This document shows, piece after piece, positions 22,961-37,431 of a stretch of 64,000 nt of DNA. The notes beneath the pieces were generated by a model. It ran no database searches. It saw only the letters and a list, made by a program, of their open reading frames with translations, and was not told where the DNA came from. The stretch's first letter is position 1, and each line of letters starts with the position of its first letter. The stretch lies in contig JALMLS010000056.1 of assembly GCA_038496445.1 (NCBI GenBank), positions 341,243 to 405,242 on the forward strand. Direction: 5' to 3'. Made by a program: the position numbers and the translations under genes. Source of the DNA: Trichosphaerium sp. ATCC 40318. Its lineage: Eukaryota; Protista; Tubulinea.

Positions 22961-25900
22961 ATGAGTCGCAGGGAGAACCTAGAAGGGTTTTCTAGATCTT
23001 CCAAGTACAAAAGTAAGAACTTAGGGCAGGATGTAAGAAAAGCGACATCAGGTTCAAGAGCAACTAACTTGACAGCGTTTGGTGGTGGACCTAGCCGCAA
23101 AAAACGAGGTTCAAAACCACGCACGTTTGCTGTAAGCCACAAGATACAATTCTAGTCATTCTAAAACGTTCTAGCAAGCGAAAAAAGAAATATCTGAGCG
23201 TAATAACGACTTGTTAAAACGTTTGGCGTTATCCAGTACGAAACATCAACCAAAGACAGCTAACTTTACACTCTACAGGTGCAAGTTACGATGAAGATGA
23301 TTATGACGATGGTGAAGAACCAGAAGACGCCGAACATTGTATTATTTGCTTCAACGGTATTAGAAAGGAACAAGGCATATGGCAATGTCCCAAGTGCTTC
23401 TGCCACTTCTTCCATCTTGCTTGTAAGGTTTATTATTATTTTTTTTATTTTCTAATCACAGAGTGTAGGCATTCGCAAGTGGGCAGAGCGGGTACATGAC
23501 ATTTAACGAGTGTTCAACTTGGCACTACAAGCATCATTTGACGTCAAAGTATTGACGTTTCTAGGCACCTGATCAAGAAGCTAAGTTATCTAAAGAAGCA
23601 TTTCCAGACAGGCAAAAGACATGGGCCTGGTACGTCACTAAAATCTACTACTAGTGCGTTACTGACCATCCTACCATTTAGCCCAAATTGTCGAGGCCAA
23701 TTTCCTACGTCTGAGAAACCTACTAAATACATGTGCTTTTGTGGAAAAGTAGAAGATCCACCTGTAGATGCTTGGCTTAACCCGCATACTGTACGAATCT
23801 GCTCTACTATTGCGGTTGGTTTTATGGCTCAATTATGTAGTGTGGGGAAAAATGTGGAAGGCTACTTCTGCCAGAGTGTGGTCACAGTTGCGTTGAACAA
23901 TGTCATGCCGGACGGTAAGGTTTTTGCTATTTGTTTTAAAGATTGTCTTACTTCTTTGTGAAGATGTCCTCCATGTCCTGCTCAAGTACGAGCGCGATGT
24001 TTTTGTAATAGAGTACAAGAGACTAGGCGTTGCTCTGAGTCACTATATTCTTGTGGTGCAGTATGTGGTAGGGTGCTTGCATGCGGAAAGCACAGATGTA
24101 CACAAACCTGTCACAAAGGTATAAAGCATTTTTTTATCATCCCTCATTCGCCTAAATAGGACCTTGTCCTCCTTGCCATAAAACAAGTTTACAGCACTGT
24201 CGCTGTGGGAAAGAAGAGAGGCATGTGAATTGTACAGAAATCGATTTTTCTTGTGAAAAAGTTTGTGGAAAATCGTTCCCTTGTGGTCATCACACGTGTC
24301 AACGAGTAAGTACTCTCGTATTCGAGGACTGTTTTAACCGATTCACTTCTTAGGTTTGCCATACAGGAGCATGTGACTCTCAATGTCCTCTATCTATTGG
24401 AAGAACATGTTTTTGCACCAAACAAGGTAAACGTGTTTGGTCTAAACGTAATCTAACACAGTGCCTTTTCAGTACTTAACATACCATGTTGGGAGGAAAC
24501 TACATCATGTAATAACTCTTGTGATAAAGAACTACCTTGTGGTACGAGCTTTGATACCACTACTGAGAATTGTAACAATGAGCTAGGACATCGATGTGTT
24601 GAACGTTGTCATCCAGGAGATTGCCCACCATGTCAACTTACGAGCGTATGTTGAAATTAAGTAATTATATACTAACAATTTGCTAGAATAGGTCATGTAG
24701 GTGTGGGTCAATGACAAAGAACAACCAAGCGTGTCAAAAGTTTTTCAGATGTAATAGAAAGTGTACAAAAAAAAAGAATTGCGGGCGTCATGAGTGTAAA
24801 ACAAAATGTTGTGCAGGTACCCACAATATTACATTATCAGGAATACTCTAAATATTCTAAGGGGAATGTCCAACGTGTGATAGAAAGTGCAACCGTTGGC
24901 TCAATTGTAGAAACCATAAATGCACAATTTTATGCCATACAGGTCAGTACAGAACTCTTTGTGTTCATTTTTTCGTTTCCCAACTGATTTGAAAACTAGG
25001 AGCATGTGATCCTTGTCCCTTAGAAATACAAGTAACTTGTCCATGTAAGAAACGAAAAAAAACAAGGCCTTGCGGTCAGTACCCACCTCTCATGCATCTA
25101 TTACCGTATGGTTATCCTCAACACAACATAAAACTCAGATATTTCTAAATAGGCGCACATGCATTGGCAGACATACACGTGCTTTTCTGCCTTGTCACTC
25201 TCCAGAGTATATACCTTGTGAAAAACCTTGCGGTAAGCTATCTTACTTTGGATATTTACTAATAGTTCTAAAAGGAAACATGTTAAAATGTGGTAATCAT
25301 ACATGCGAAAAGCCATGTCATGGAGTAACACAGAGGCGTAAATTTGTCGATAATAAAGAAGTTGTAAAATATGGAACATCACCAGAGTACGTACTACAGT
25401 AAAGAGCCCACACATTAATAAAATCATAGCGGTGATGGTAAAGATACTTGTCGCCAGTGCTGGCGAACATGTGATAAGCCTTTGAAAGTATGCGCGGAAA
25501 AGTAAGTGAATGGTTTATTATTAATGTGGAACTAACAATTGTTAGTCACAAATGTGCCATGCCGTGCCATCCATCTTGGGGTATGACTTCCTACTATCTC
25601 ATTGTACAACAACTAATACTCTGTTTAAGTTGAGTGCAAGCCATGTGCGGTTGAGAAGGAATATAAGTGTCACTGTGGCGTAAGTAGTTATCTGTCTGGA
25701 TTATATTGTCTCATTCTATTTTAACAGATTGATACATTGACTATTCCTTGTCATTTGACTATTGACGCAAAAGTTCTCGAAGCTGAAAAGTCATGTGGTA
25801 ACACCTGCAATAGAGATTTACCTGGCTGTACGCTCTGCCTTTGAAATTTGCGTATATTTATCTCACCATCTAGGTTCTCACTTTTGCACTGACATATGCC

Positions 25901-26487
25901 ATCCTGGCGCATGTGGTGCTTGTAATGAAACAGTTACTCTGACTTGTAAATGTGGTAATCGCAAGGAGGCAAACAATTTTCCATTTATACTTTGGTTCTC
26001 ATTAAGTATTAGGAAATGCCTTGCTTAGAGCACCAAAAAGAGTGTAATAGTTCTAGTGCCAGATTAGACTCTAAGAATCGTCTTATATGCGATGAGAGTT
26101 GCGAAGTTAAGAAGCAAGAAAGAATTAAAAAACAAAAGGAAATACAGCTAAAGCGAAGCCAAGAAAAAGTATGCAGGTTTTATCTTTTTGTCCTAACATC
26201 TAACAAGGAACGTACACAAATGTTACAGATGAAAGCCAAAGAAAGAAAAGCAACAAAACGCCGTGCAAAAGGTGGTAAGATTATGTCAGCACAACGAGAA
26301 AAGGATCGCAAAGAGGCTTTGAAACTACTCAAGAAAAAAACAAAGTAAGAAATTGAAGAAACCTGTGTTTGTTTTTTTGACTTTTCTTAGGACTCAAATC
26401 ACGTCTACATGTGTAATAGGCGTGGTAGTAGCACTTATATTTTCTGTAATCATTGCTATTGTTATTTTTAAGCCTACAGTCGTATAG
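22961..26487 (+). CDS. NFXL1: NF-X1-type zinc finger / RING protein with C-terminal TM (NFXL1-like), multi-intron
   Basis: [33 protein letters not shown]; [20 protein letters not shown]; many CGxHxCxxxCHxGxCPPC fingers; coiled coil, then [22 protein letters not shown]. Confidence 0.88.
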
Positions 26488-26569
26488 AGGAATAAAATAA
26501 CTTTTCTTTCAGTTTTATTTTTCCGTTATTGCATCAGTAGCTTGTGGCAGCGAAACCAAAGAAGGCTGA

Positions 26570-27669
26570 CTTTAAAGTGTTTGCCTCAAATATGGTTTAT
26601 CAATAACGTGAGATTATCAGGAGGCAATTGGAAGAACTATCAAAAGAAAGGTGACAGGAAGGTACGCTTTTACAAAGTCCATTATTTCTTACGTTCCTGC
26701 CATCTTTTGGCAAACAAAAGTTACAAAAGGTGATAGGTCCAACGCTAGAGCGCACACTAGCATCTTTTAAACCTTTGTACTTGAATGAATGAGTGCATGA
26801 GGAGATAAGAGTGCTATCAAATAGGTGCACACTCAATCGATTATTCGAACTTGACTTTTGAAACGTACATACTCTACAGCGGAAAGAAGTTCCCTTGTCC
26901 CTCATACCTTCACAGGTACCTAGCAATATCATTAGACAAAACGAATCGCAAAAAAACCTCATACTGTGTCGCTAAATCTGTGCCGCCAAGTTGACAATAG
27001 CACTGTCAGGGCTTTCGCGGGCGTACACACAATTTCCTTGAACGGCTGCGCACTTGTGTCAGATATTAGCGCTTTAAAAGGCGTACACACTATCAGCTTA
27101 AAGGATTGTGTACGTTTGAAGAGTGTCAATATCCTTGCGGGAGTTGATACAATAAATTTAACTGGATGCATCACCATCCAAGACGATTCTATTAGCGATT
27201 AGTAGGAATTCGCTCAATCAACTTGACAGCTTGTCTCAACATCACCGACAATGGCATCATTGCTATTGCACGCGATGTAAAACAGATAAACATGACTGGC
27301 CTTGCGAACATCACAGCTAGAGCCTTTGAAGCGCTGAAAAACGCTCTGGTAGTGTACATGCCCTCGAGTGATAGTATTCAAGATGAGCACTTAGCATTAT
27401 TGCAGAACGTTGAGAAGATAAGGCTTGAAGGACCACATATAACAGTGCAGTGTCAACATTCCTTGCCTTATTGCACTCGCGTTGCTATATGTGAAACTGA
27501 TATTCACCCTTCAAATTATTATTTGTTCCCTCTAAATGGAGAAGAGGAGGAATTTCCACGGGGCTCATATAAGAACCTTGGCCTTATAGTGGATCAGCCA
27601 GAATTCCAGTATGATCCATATAGTACATTAACATACGAAGCACAAAGATGGAACTATATTTTTCCATAA
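26570..27669 (+). pseudogene. Disrupted intronless LRR gene, paralog of the F-box/LRR genes
   Basis: AGVHTISLNGC, KGVHTISLKDC and AGVDTINLTGC repeats; frameshift near 27200 (ISD / LVGIRSINLTAC); stops and no clean start upstream. Confidence 0.75.
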
Positions 27670-29694
27670 GGAACATTTCTCCAAGATTTACTATGTACTT
27701 GTTAGTTAATAAATAGCACCTGTGTTAAACATGAAGTCATTTCCTGCCTGTTTAGATTAAAATAACTTCGTTGCAATATATTACCTAGTTGCTCAAGCCA
27801 TGTCTAACAGGTACCACAGCTGTTAACTGACTAAGTCATGTGGGTCATCATCGCTTTTAAAATCCCAGAAATGCTTGACACTAACAATTATGAACACTAG
27901 AAATGCTCAAAACGTTGGATACCAAAAAAATTAAATTGTCTGGTACCACTTTTTCTTACCGCAACAGCCAAGTGCAGTATCTAGCGTTGTAAACGAATGC
28001 TTAACGTAATATTCAATCAACAAAATGTAAAAAGGTTATTATGGTGAAGAACTTTGTGCGTAAATAGCCAGAATTAGGGTTTTGGCACGCTCAACATTCT
28101 GATCATTCCTGGCAGTTCCAGAGGCTCAAAAGCGAAAAAACTGAAACAAAACAGTTTGAATATGAACCATGCGCTCTACTTACAAAGGGACGAATGAGTC
28201 AGCATTTATAGCATATGGCCTCTTTGTTGCTACTGATACGCTCAGAAAGCGTACCCATCACACAATTTCATTGACCCCCCGACGGGGGCGATAACAAAGC
28301 ACAAGGTCAGAAGTGCAGTGAAAAACTACGCAATCTCATATTCATTGTGATAGAAAGGTACTTTCAAAACGGTTTTATACACAATAAATCAACTAAAAAA
28401 AAAAGTGTGGTATGATACTTCCACATAAATTGGTTTACGTTCATCTACGCGTTGATTCAGGGCAATTCACTAACATTGCACGTTTTGAAAAGTTATTGAA
28501 AAGTTGATTGATTTAATACAGAATTCCACAACTTATGTCAGCCTGTACACCTACAAGTCATACTTACAAGCACATAACAACATTCAGGTATACCATTACG
28601 GTTGTTAAACCTTTGAACGTCTAACGGGCCGAATTGTCTTCGAAGCAAAATCACACGTTTCTGTTTGCAATGAAACGTTTCTTACGTCTAATCTCATATA
28701 AAGTTGATCACATTGAACCAACATAACGTCGTTTTATTCATTACAATTACGAAGTCCATTCACTCATTGTAGGGGCAGCATCGCTTTTGAGACAGTTTCG
28801 AACAATAGAGACTTGTGATTTTTGACAGCAACGGAAAATTAGAGAATCTTTGAGAAGTACTTACCCACCACCTCAGAACCTTTTTTCGGATTTTCTAACG
28901 CCACTCCCTTAGTTTGGATTATTTGGATCGTTTATGGCCCGAGCTTTGCTACAGTACTATTTTAGTACTTTATTTGCGGACGACTAGTAGCTGTTGCCAA
29001 ATCTCATGGACCATTTCTGTACCTTGTGCTGTTTAATGCGTTGATCTTTGAGGCAGTTTCATGTTTGGAGTGAGAGGTCATTGGTGCATATCATCCAGCC
29101 ACCTCGGCAATAACCCAACTTTGGCAACTTACCTTTAGTGCAAAGATTAAAGACCATACCAAAACCGAGTGCAAGCAACCACCTTTTGTTGTATAAGCGT
29201 TTATTTTAGGGCTGCACTTTCGTTTAGAAAAAAACCAATCTGCACGTAGCAAATGCTGTTGCAATAATAGTGGTTGTTTGTGTTTTGCTTGTTCAAGTTA
29301 TTGATGCAGAAAAAGATGTCAAGAAAATACAAACTTAACAAATGGAGCCTTAAACTAAAAATATAGTTTTAGGCGCGAAAATACAATTCTGCATTCTTGC
29401 GATCTAGTGAGTACCTTGCAAGACAATGGACAGATGAGCGGTACTATATCGTAAAGCAAGGTAAGGAAACGAGCTACATTTATTTACAACGTTTGTAGGT
29501 AATACGCGTTCGCAAGAACAGGCGCAAGAGCACCAGAACAGGCGATAACGCTCAACAACTTTAAGCTGGCTTTACTTTATACCAGGCACGTACCGTCCTC
29601 CAAAAACTCCAAAACGCGGTGCCCTTTACAGTTTTCATTTTGTACAAATGCATTTGTTGCCAAACGTTGCTAGCCTTCACCGGCACGCGGATTG

Positions 29695-29859
29695 TAGCGA
29701 TGTGTCGCCGTGAAGCCGATCACTTAGCAAAATAGAGTTGGAAATTGTATTGCGCCCAGGCTAGTTGGTTATTTGCTGTGTACGCGACCTTAGAGTAACC
29801 CAGATGTTTAACAATCATTGGGGTGCTAGCGATGTTTCGCCGTGAAGCCGACACTTAGC
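29695..29859. repeat. Two near-identical 33-34-bp hairpin-forming direct repeats
   Basis: TAGCGATGTGTCGCCGTGAAGCCGATCACTTAGC (29695-29728) and TAGCGATGTTTCGCCGTGAAGCCGACACTTAGC (29827-29859). Confidence 0.85.
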
Positions 29860-30129
29860 TCAGTAACGCAATATATCATCTGGCCTGAATCAGTCAGGGA
29901 AACCGACCGATTTACGTTTTTTAGTTTTTAGAGCAAACAACACAAATAAAACACCTAAAACGACGTATTTGTAGCGCGCCAAATGCTGTCGTTTTGGGGG
30001 TTTTTTCCGTCTCGTGCTTTCCTGCTTACCGTTGGTTCTAGTAACTATCTCGTGCAAAGGGTAAAACACTTGAAGCAAAAATTGTAGACCAAGATGTCAA
30101 AATTACAACAAAGGACGAAGAAATGGGAT

Positions 30130-30500
30130 TCAAGAGAAGAAAGTGTCCAAACTCAAATAGTTTGTATTTCCGCTTCCTCTTTGAGTTTCCATTGACACAT
30201 TGAGCTGCTTTTGCCCAGAGAAATGGTCATGAGGCGAAGATATCGGCAGCCGTTTGCAAATTTCGATGTAGGTAATTCTCCGTCTTTTGACCATCATTGT
30301 TCCTTTCTAGGTTCCGTTTCAGCCATTTTTGTACGTCAGCTTCCGCCGCCGCAGCTTTGAGCTCAGCTGACAGGTGACGGATTTGTTGGGCGTCTTACGC
30401 TTCTGTCAATGTTTGGTTTTCTTGTTGGGATTCTTCAAGAGCGACTGTGGTCAGTTCGAGCTCACTCTCCAATGCTTGGTACGCTTGCACCTGTTCTTAA
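30130..30500 (-). pseudogene. Coiled-coil coding remnant
   Basis: EQVQAYQALESELELTTVALEESQQENQTLTEA*DAQQIRHLSAELKAAAAEADVQKM, with in-frame stops. Confidence 0.4.
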
Positions 30501-30708
30501 TTAAAGCTTGTAAAAATACCAATCGTTCTTTCTTGTTTGGCTGCTAGTCAAGTTTATTGTAATGTACTAATAAACAAAATTTAAGAATAGTTGTAAAAAA
30601 CTAATCCGGATTGACCTTTATTTACGGTAAACTTTTTTGGTGGTAGTTTTCTGAAAAACAGTTACCATAAATCTATCAAATTCCACAAATTCGAGTGACA
30701 CTTGTAAT

Positions 30709-32940
30709 ATGTCAGTTCAAGATCCTCTCCTAACCGAAGACTATGAGAAGGAGAGTTCAAAAAGAGGTGGTAGACAGGTACACGCATGGATTGTTAATTT
30801 CTCATTTACCATAGTGCCTATGTGTTGTTATAACCATTGTTTCAACAGTTTTTGTAGTATTATTGTGTCTCGTAGCGATATTGGGATTGGTACACGAAAT
30901 AAATGTAAAGTTGCTTTAGACTAACCTACGTAGACCATACAGTTCTATGCCGGTCCCAAGATGGCAAATGACGCATTACATCACGCTACACTCGAATTTA
31001 CGAGAATCGAACTCGCAAACCCAACAGAGACCAGTATTGATATCTGCGCATCGTTATCTATTCTCAATGGAGGTAGTTTCGCCGCGAGCATCGACCAGGT
31101 TCGGACCAACTTTCCTACGCGTGTGTAAACGTTGTAGGCTACATTGCAAGTGTCACATGGAGGAATAGTATTTGGGTCAATGAATTTGCCTGCAACAACC
31201 CTAAACGCGTACGAAACTTGTTGATAGGCGTAATAATCACAACATAATAGATACGTACCGACAACAGTAAAGGTGAACGACACTCTTCAAATATCCCATG
31301 CTGAAGGATTCAGCGCCATGGCGAAAGAGCTTATAGCAGGTAAAACTGTAGTTTGGCACGTGAAGGCACGATAAAATGGACGCAATGGCGTGCTATATTT
31401 ACTAACATTACCTTAGGCTGAGAAAGTGCCTGTCAAAGCTTTCTTTTTTAAACTGAAAGTAAGCATTGAAAAGGACATTGCTATAAGGAGCGCACCCATA
31501 TCAAACTTTAGAGGATTTAATATTTCAACTTACAAGGCCGACAAAGGCACGTGATATCCAAATTTATTTTCGACTTGAAAAACACGCTGCATTTTTTGCT
31601 TATTATGACGCTAGACAAGGCTTATGGACGCATGACTGTTGCTTTTGATAATCCTGGTATTATTGCACTTAGGAACATTGGTCCTGCTTCCTTTGGTATA
31701 AAATACAAAGGGCAAATCATTGGTTAGTTCGATTGTCGTTATTAAAGCCATTAACAACGAATACAGGTGAAGCACATTTGGACAACTTTAGTGTTGGATT
31801 TGGCAACAATAGCATCCTTGGATCTGCTATCATCTCAAAATCCCCGTCAAATGAATCAGACCCATTAATTGATGATTTCTTCTCACACTGGGTGGTAAGA
31901 AAGAAAACAAACTACTATTTTAATGAAACTTACTGACAACTGAAAGATCGGTGAAACTCTCACTGCTGGTTTTGAAGGCCCTACAAATGCATCAGCATCT
32001 TATTTGATAAATCTTGTATCACAACAGGCAACTATTATTGGATACACAGGAGCTCCATTTGTATCTGGAGCATTATTTAACGACAGCAATTTTCTTACTG
32101 GAGGTAAACTATTTATTCACTTCTAACCTCTACTAAACACCATTTGTAGTTTTTGTAGATATCTATAACCCTTTCGCTGTCTCTTTGGATGTAGATAAAG
32201 TTTCATTTGCAGCAGGCATTGACGGCAGTTTTATAGCCGCTGGTAGCTACCTGGACAACAAGTGTTTATCAAGTACCCACTTAGTTTGTTTTTTCTGGCT
32301 AAACCAAGTTAGGTGATTCATTTGGTGTAATTGGATCACAACAGAAAATACATGTTTCTGGAACGGTACTAAGTTGTATTACAGAGCGCTTGATTTTTCT
32401 GAGACAGATGCTTAGAGTCATACACTAATTAGAGCGCTTCCATTGTCTTTTCCAAAGCCATGTAATGGTAACAGGCTTTGGGGAATGTATTGTTTAGCAT
32501 TAGATGCAAACAACCGAAATAAAACAGGACTGGCATCTGTGTTAAAGATAAACGGCACAATGGACGCCAGATTAGATGGTAAATTCCCTGTGTCATTACT
32601 ATACTCTCAAGTACAGCACCAAACTTCATAATCAATAAGTATTAACCTAGTTTAGAACGCTATTCGACTTGGCTTGGATTGGCCCGTAGAAGAGGATAAT
32701 TTAAGGTGTAATCATGACTTGAATATGTCGTATTATCCAATGTGCCACACTCAAACAGCAGGTAAATAACTCTTTGACAACCTCATTTCTCTCTTTTTTC
32801 GAATACCGTTAAGTCTTAACTTGTTGATAACAACTTTCTCAAAGGTGAATATTGCACACAACAAGAAATTATCATCGAAAAGTACATTCACAAGAATGAC
32901 ACAACTATGATACACCATGGTGGTGATATTATTGCCTTAA
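30709..32940 (+). CDS. Type II membrane protein with DUF3712/LEA_2-like lumenal domains, multi-intron
   Basis: Dileucine DPLL N-tail, single TM, then ATLEFTRIELANPTETS...FGSMNLPA...FSAMAKELIAGKTVVWHVK...FDNPGIIALRNIG. Confidence 0.7.
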
Positions 32941-33099
32941 ACTAGTCTGTATACTAGTAATATTATAATGTTTAAATACTAGAAACCTCAATAAACACAA
33001 AGACACATAATTCTGTTGTCAACGTTAGAAATCATTTCGCTGAATTTTTTCGTTTAACTGATTTGTTTGTCACAAGTACATGATAAAACAATCAATAAT

Positions 33100-33888
33100 A
33101 TGTTGAAAGCACCTCTACAGAAGTCTTTATTGATCGTAATTGATCCCCAAAAAGGTTTCGCTCACCCCAAAGGCTCTTTTGGTGTGTTTTTTTTGAAATG
33201 ATGGTTCATTTGCTCTAATACTACATTAAGGCACTGCCTATGGCGTAGAAAAACTGACACCTATGGTATCAGCAATAGAGAATATAAATAAGCTGCTACA
33301 GTCCAAATTCAACTCTAAAACAAAAAACACGTTACTGGTTACATCCACATACAAGGTGGGACAATTTACTGGCAACAAAACGAACAAGCGTACGTTTCAT
33401 TTAATTCTCAGCTGTAAGTCACACCACACTAGCACTGAGCTATCTGTGCGCGAAGGAATTTGACGCCGAGTTAATGCCTCCTATTTCAAGGGATTGCTTT
33501 GCGTTTGAAATCGTGAAACACGAAAATAGCGCTGTCACAGAGAAATCATTTTGTGACATTATAGACGATACCCGGAGCGCTGGGTTTACGCATTACTTCG
33601 TCACTGGGCTCACAATAAACCACTGCGTGCCAAAGACAGCCAAAGCTATGAAAAGCCATTTTGAGCAGAGCGAAGAGACATTTGTACCCCAAATAGTCGT
33701 AATAGCTGACTTATGTGGCGCCAAAACTGGAACATACCAAAAACATTCTACCACAGGTGCGTCACCAATAATCGTGTCACTCAACCCTAAAACAAACACA
33801 AGGAGTTGCAAAGTGCGAAAGAGTTTACGCTGACTTGCAAACGCAAGGAATTATGGTGGCGGAGATGGCAGACATAAGATTCACATAG
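33100..33888 (+). CDS. Isochorismatase-like cysteine hydrolase, with introns
   Basis: LLIVIDPQKGFAHPKGS (catalytic D), IVKHENSA (K), VTGLTINHCVPKTA (C), VVIADLCG. Confidence 0.85.
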
Positions 33889-34375
33889 CACCAAGTAATT
33901 CCAGCCAACATTATAGCGCTTGTAAAATAATAAATAAAAATCCAATCATCCAACCTCAGCACGTCAAACTTGAGTCAATATTCAGCAAAAGCTAACGCAA
34001 GCTTGCGAATTACAGTTCAGTATACACTGATGGTGCTGTGAAATTGATAACGCCTCTAAATGCCTGCGCATAGCTTGGTAGCGCACTCACGCGCTTTGGT
34101 ACTAAACGCCAACTCCGCTGGCTCTAACACTCGTTTAATAGCACATATCAAACTTAATATCATCTCGTAATGGCCCGTACGAAGAACTTAGAAAACGCTT
34201 GTTCAAAACGATCGCAGAGGTTATGTTTTTATGGCCTTGGCTACGAGAGTACGTTAAACCAGCGACTGAGTTTAACCAGTGGCCAATCTTTTTTTGCTGA
34301 TTATTAGTACGAACTGTTCGTACAGTTAATATTAGTACCCAAATTCGCTCATACAAGCCGAAATAGCGTTGTCGC

Positions 34376-36023
34376 ATGAATTTTCATCACCTGTCGCTAT
34401 TTTGTTTACTCTTTGTTTTAAATATTAACGTTTGTTGTAGGCGAGGCAAGCGAACCTACGCTGATGGCGTCTATACTGGTGAGTTTAAGCATGGAAAAAG
34501 GTATGTTCCAAATATTGCTCTAGCCAGCCTACAGTATTTGCGATATACTCCAAAAATACTGTAGTATCCTCAACTGATAAAAATTGATTATCCGCTGTTC
34601 CCACAAGCACTAAAAAAAAATAATTTAGGCACGGCCATGGCTCTTATAAGTGGCACGATGGTCGTACATACGAAGGAGGTTGGCGAAATGATAAATGTTA
34701 TGGGTGGGGAACATATTCTCGCCCTGATGGTTTTAAATATACAGGAAATTGGGTAAACGATAAACGACACGGTACGGTTTGCCATATCAGCCTTGTCGGA
34801 ATTTGTCGGGTTGCGAATTCGGAAAACATAGTTTGTCGCTTCGTGTACCTTTATTTGGAACTAAAATAATCTCTAGGTAAAGGTAAATTAAAAAGGACAA
34901 CATATAAATACCAAGGCAGACAATTTGGTACGCACAGTTTCCTGTAGGTTCGATTCTTTGTTGACATTTTTTGTGGTTTAGAAGGATTTGAGTATTCTGG
35001 AAGCTGGCAGAACGATAAAAGACATGGTAAAGGTTCACTGACATATGCCTCTGGTGATAGATACGTCGGTGAATGGAAAGACGATGACAGAGAAGGTAAA
35101 GGAACCTATCATTGGTCAGACGGGAAGGTTCGTGTTAGAAGAGTTTTTTTTTTATTCCATAATTAATTACTCGATTTTAGACTTATACTGGCGAGTGGAA
35201 ACGATCCATGACGCATGGATATGGGACTATGAAAATGCCTAATGGAAATAAATATGTTGGGTATTGGCGTGAAGGGTGTACAGACGGAAAAGGTAGACGA
35301 ATTTTTTTGCAGTATGTCGCTAGTTTTTGTACCAACACGTTTATTTAGGCACGTATACTTGGTCTAATGGCAGCAAATATGTTGGACAATGGTCCAAAGG
35401 TAAACGTAATGGTATTGGCACCTACAAAACAAAGAGTGGATGTACTTATGTTGGAGAATGGAAAAACTGCGTTATTGATGGTCATGGGACATATACTTGG
35501 ACAGACGGCGCTAGATACGTAGGAGAATGGAAGAAAGGAAGTAAAAATGGCAAAGGAAAGATGCACTATACGTCTGGAGTCGTTTATGATGGTGCGTACT
35601 GGATTTTATTTGATTACGCCAGCACGTGATTAATAGAATAATTAGGCAATTGGAAAGATAGTACAAAGCATGGAAAAGGAAGAACTACATGGCCTAATGG
35701 AGCAACGTTCTCTTCACACTACACATACAACAGATCGGCGACTGTATTCCTTTACTTACCTATATTCGCTCTTAATCCAAAAACACAACGCACACTTCTC
35801 AATTCAACTTGTTTGCCCGTATGGGGTGTAGGATTAGCAATGTTAAACACTACTACCGTACCTCGCGCAGAAATAGAACGCTGGGAAACAAGCAAGGTCA
35901 CGCCTTTGTCAGGCACTTGCATTTTGTAAAATACACCCCTGAAAAAAAAATTACAGATTACTGTACGTCAAAATAATAAACACTTGTACAAAAGCATAAC
36001 AGCAATTTTCAATTTTGAATGAC
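34376..36023 (+). CDS. Signal-peptide-bearing MORN repeat protein, multi-intron (3' end approximate)
   Basis: MNFHHLSLFCLLFVLNINVCC then more than 10 YxGxWxxGxxxGxGxYxWxxG repeats. Confidence 0.85.
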
Positions 36024-37431
36024 ACAATGAACTCACACCAACCTTAATTCACCGAATACGAACTGCTGACAGCCGGCTGGTAGTGCCACAACATTTTAAG
36101 CCTGCTACAATGCCTACCCTCCATAGTTTGTTTTACAAGAGCCATAATTCAAGTGGCTGGTATTTATTGATTGCCTTTGCAGCTACTCTTGAACACCACT
36201 AGTGCTACAATCAACATATCACGTGCTCATGTGGTGTTAATTGTGGGTTCATACTCAGGTTCTGTCGTTCAAGTCAACTCGATTGAGCTGGCCTAGCTTT
36301 GCCTGTTTTATCAATTAGCTAATATGAACCTTTGAAAGTACATCAGGGTGTATATAGTCCCTCAGTATAGGTTGGAGTATTGCGTGCCGAAAGAAACTTC
36401 TTCGAAGTTTCAATGATGAATACAAGAGAAGATGTACTGGATGGTACACCGAGAGCGCTCATAGGAGCTTGTTGGTGCCCACAATCACGTGATTCAACTT
36501 TCATAAAACAACCCTATCTAGTTTTTGTGAATTCCACTTCTTTTTGTTTTGTACTCGAAACAAACAAAGTTTTTTTGCGTGCTTTAAGAGCTGGTGTAAT
36601 AAAGAGGATGGAGATTTGGGCCTAAAAGTTTGCCGGTCAAAATCTTATCTTGTATCACATTTCAAACGAGTAATTCAACCATTTAACAAGCTCAACAATC
36701 AATGCAACACCTCTTCTTCAATAATCTCTCCAATTCAGCATGAATCGTACGTACTCTCTTAGAAAAACTTTACGTTGCGTTTGGTTTGGTTTAATGTTCG
36801 GTTAGGGTACACTGAAAGCTTTGTTAGCTTTCTCCGTACAGACGCTGATCAAACAATCGTTAAATTAGTCGCTAAAAAGCTTGGGGTTACTGGAGATGTC
36901 GCCAAAGGTATCGGTGAACATGAGATATCACGTACGGCTCAAGAAGGTTTTTTGTTAAACATTCCTCGCGCCAAACAATCTAAACACCGTTTTTACGCCA
37001 ACAAAACGGTTTTTTGCGTTTTCAAACGCTTTTGTAAAAGCTTTTCCACTTTTTAATTAGTTTTAACTTGTCACCAACAAAACGCTAAAAACCACCTCTT
37101 TTACGCATTAAAATGTGTAGCAGTTGTTTTTTACAGCTTTCAAACTTTTCAAAGATCTTCGTTAAGGTTTGAATTTGTACAACTACAAACTCTTATCTAT
37201 ATGCCCTCTACGATCTTTGTGCTGTATTTATGCGCATTTCGCGACGGCTGTCGCTGTTTTAAACCGTCTTGGGCTACTTTTACTTTTTTTATTATTTTTA
37301 CAGTGTCACATCAGAAACCCTCTGTTCGTCGTTTCTTTTGACGTATTTCTACCCACAGTTTGTTTTCAATCAATCATTACGCACTTTTTTTGTTCCTCAA
37401 CTAACTTGGTTTTGTAGAGCGTATCTTAAAA

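Noticed and set aside
29821-29905. Hammerhead ribozyme or SECIS in the hairpin repeats
   Set aside because: GAAAC is present on the minus strand, but the CUGANGA core and the AUGA/GA quartet are missing.
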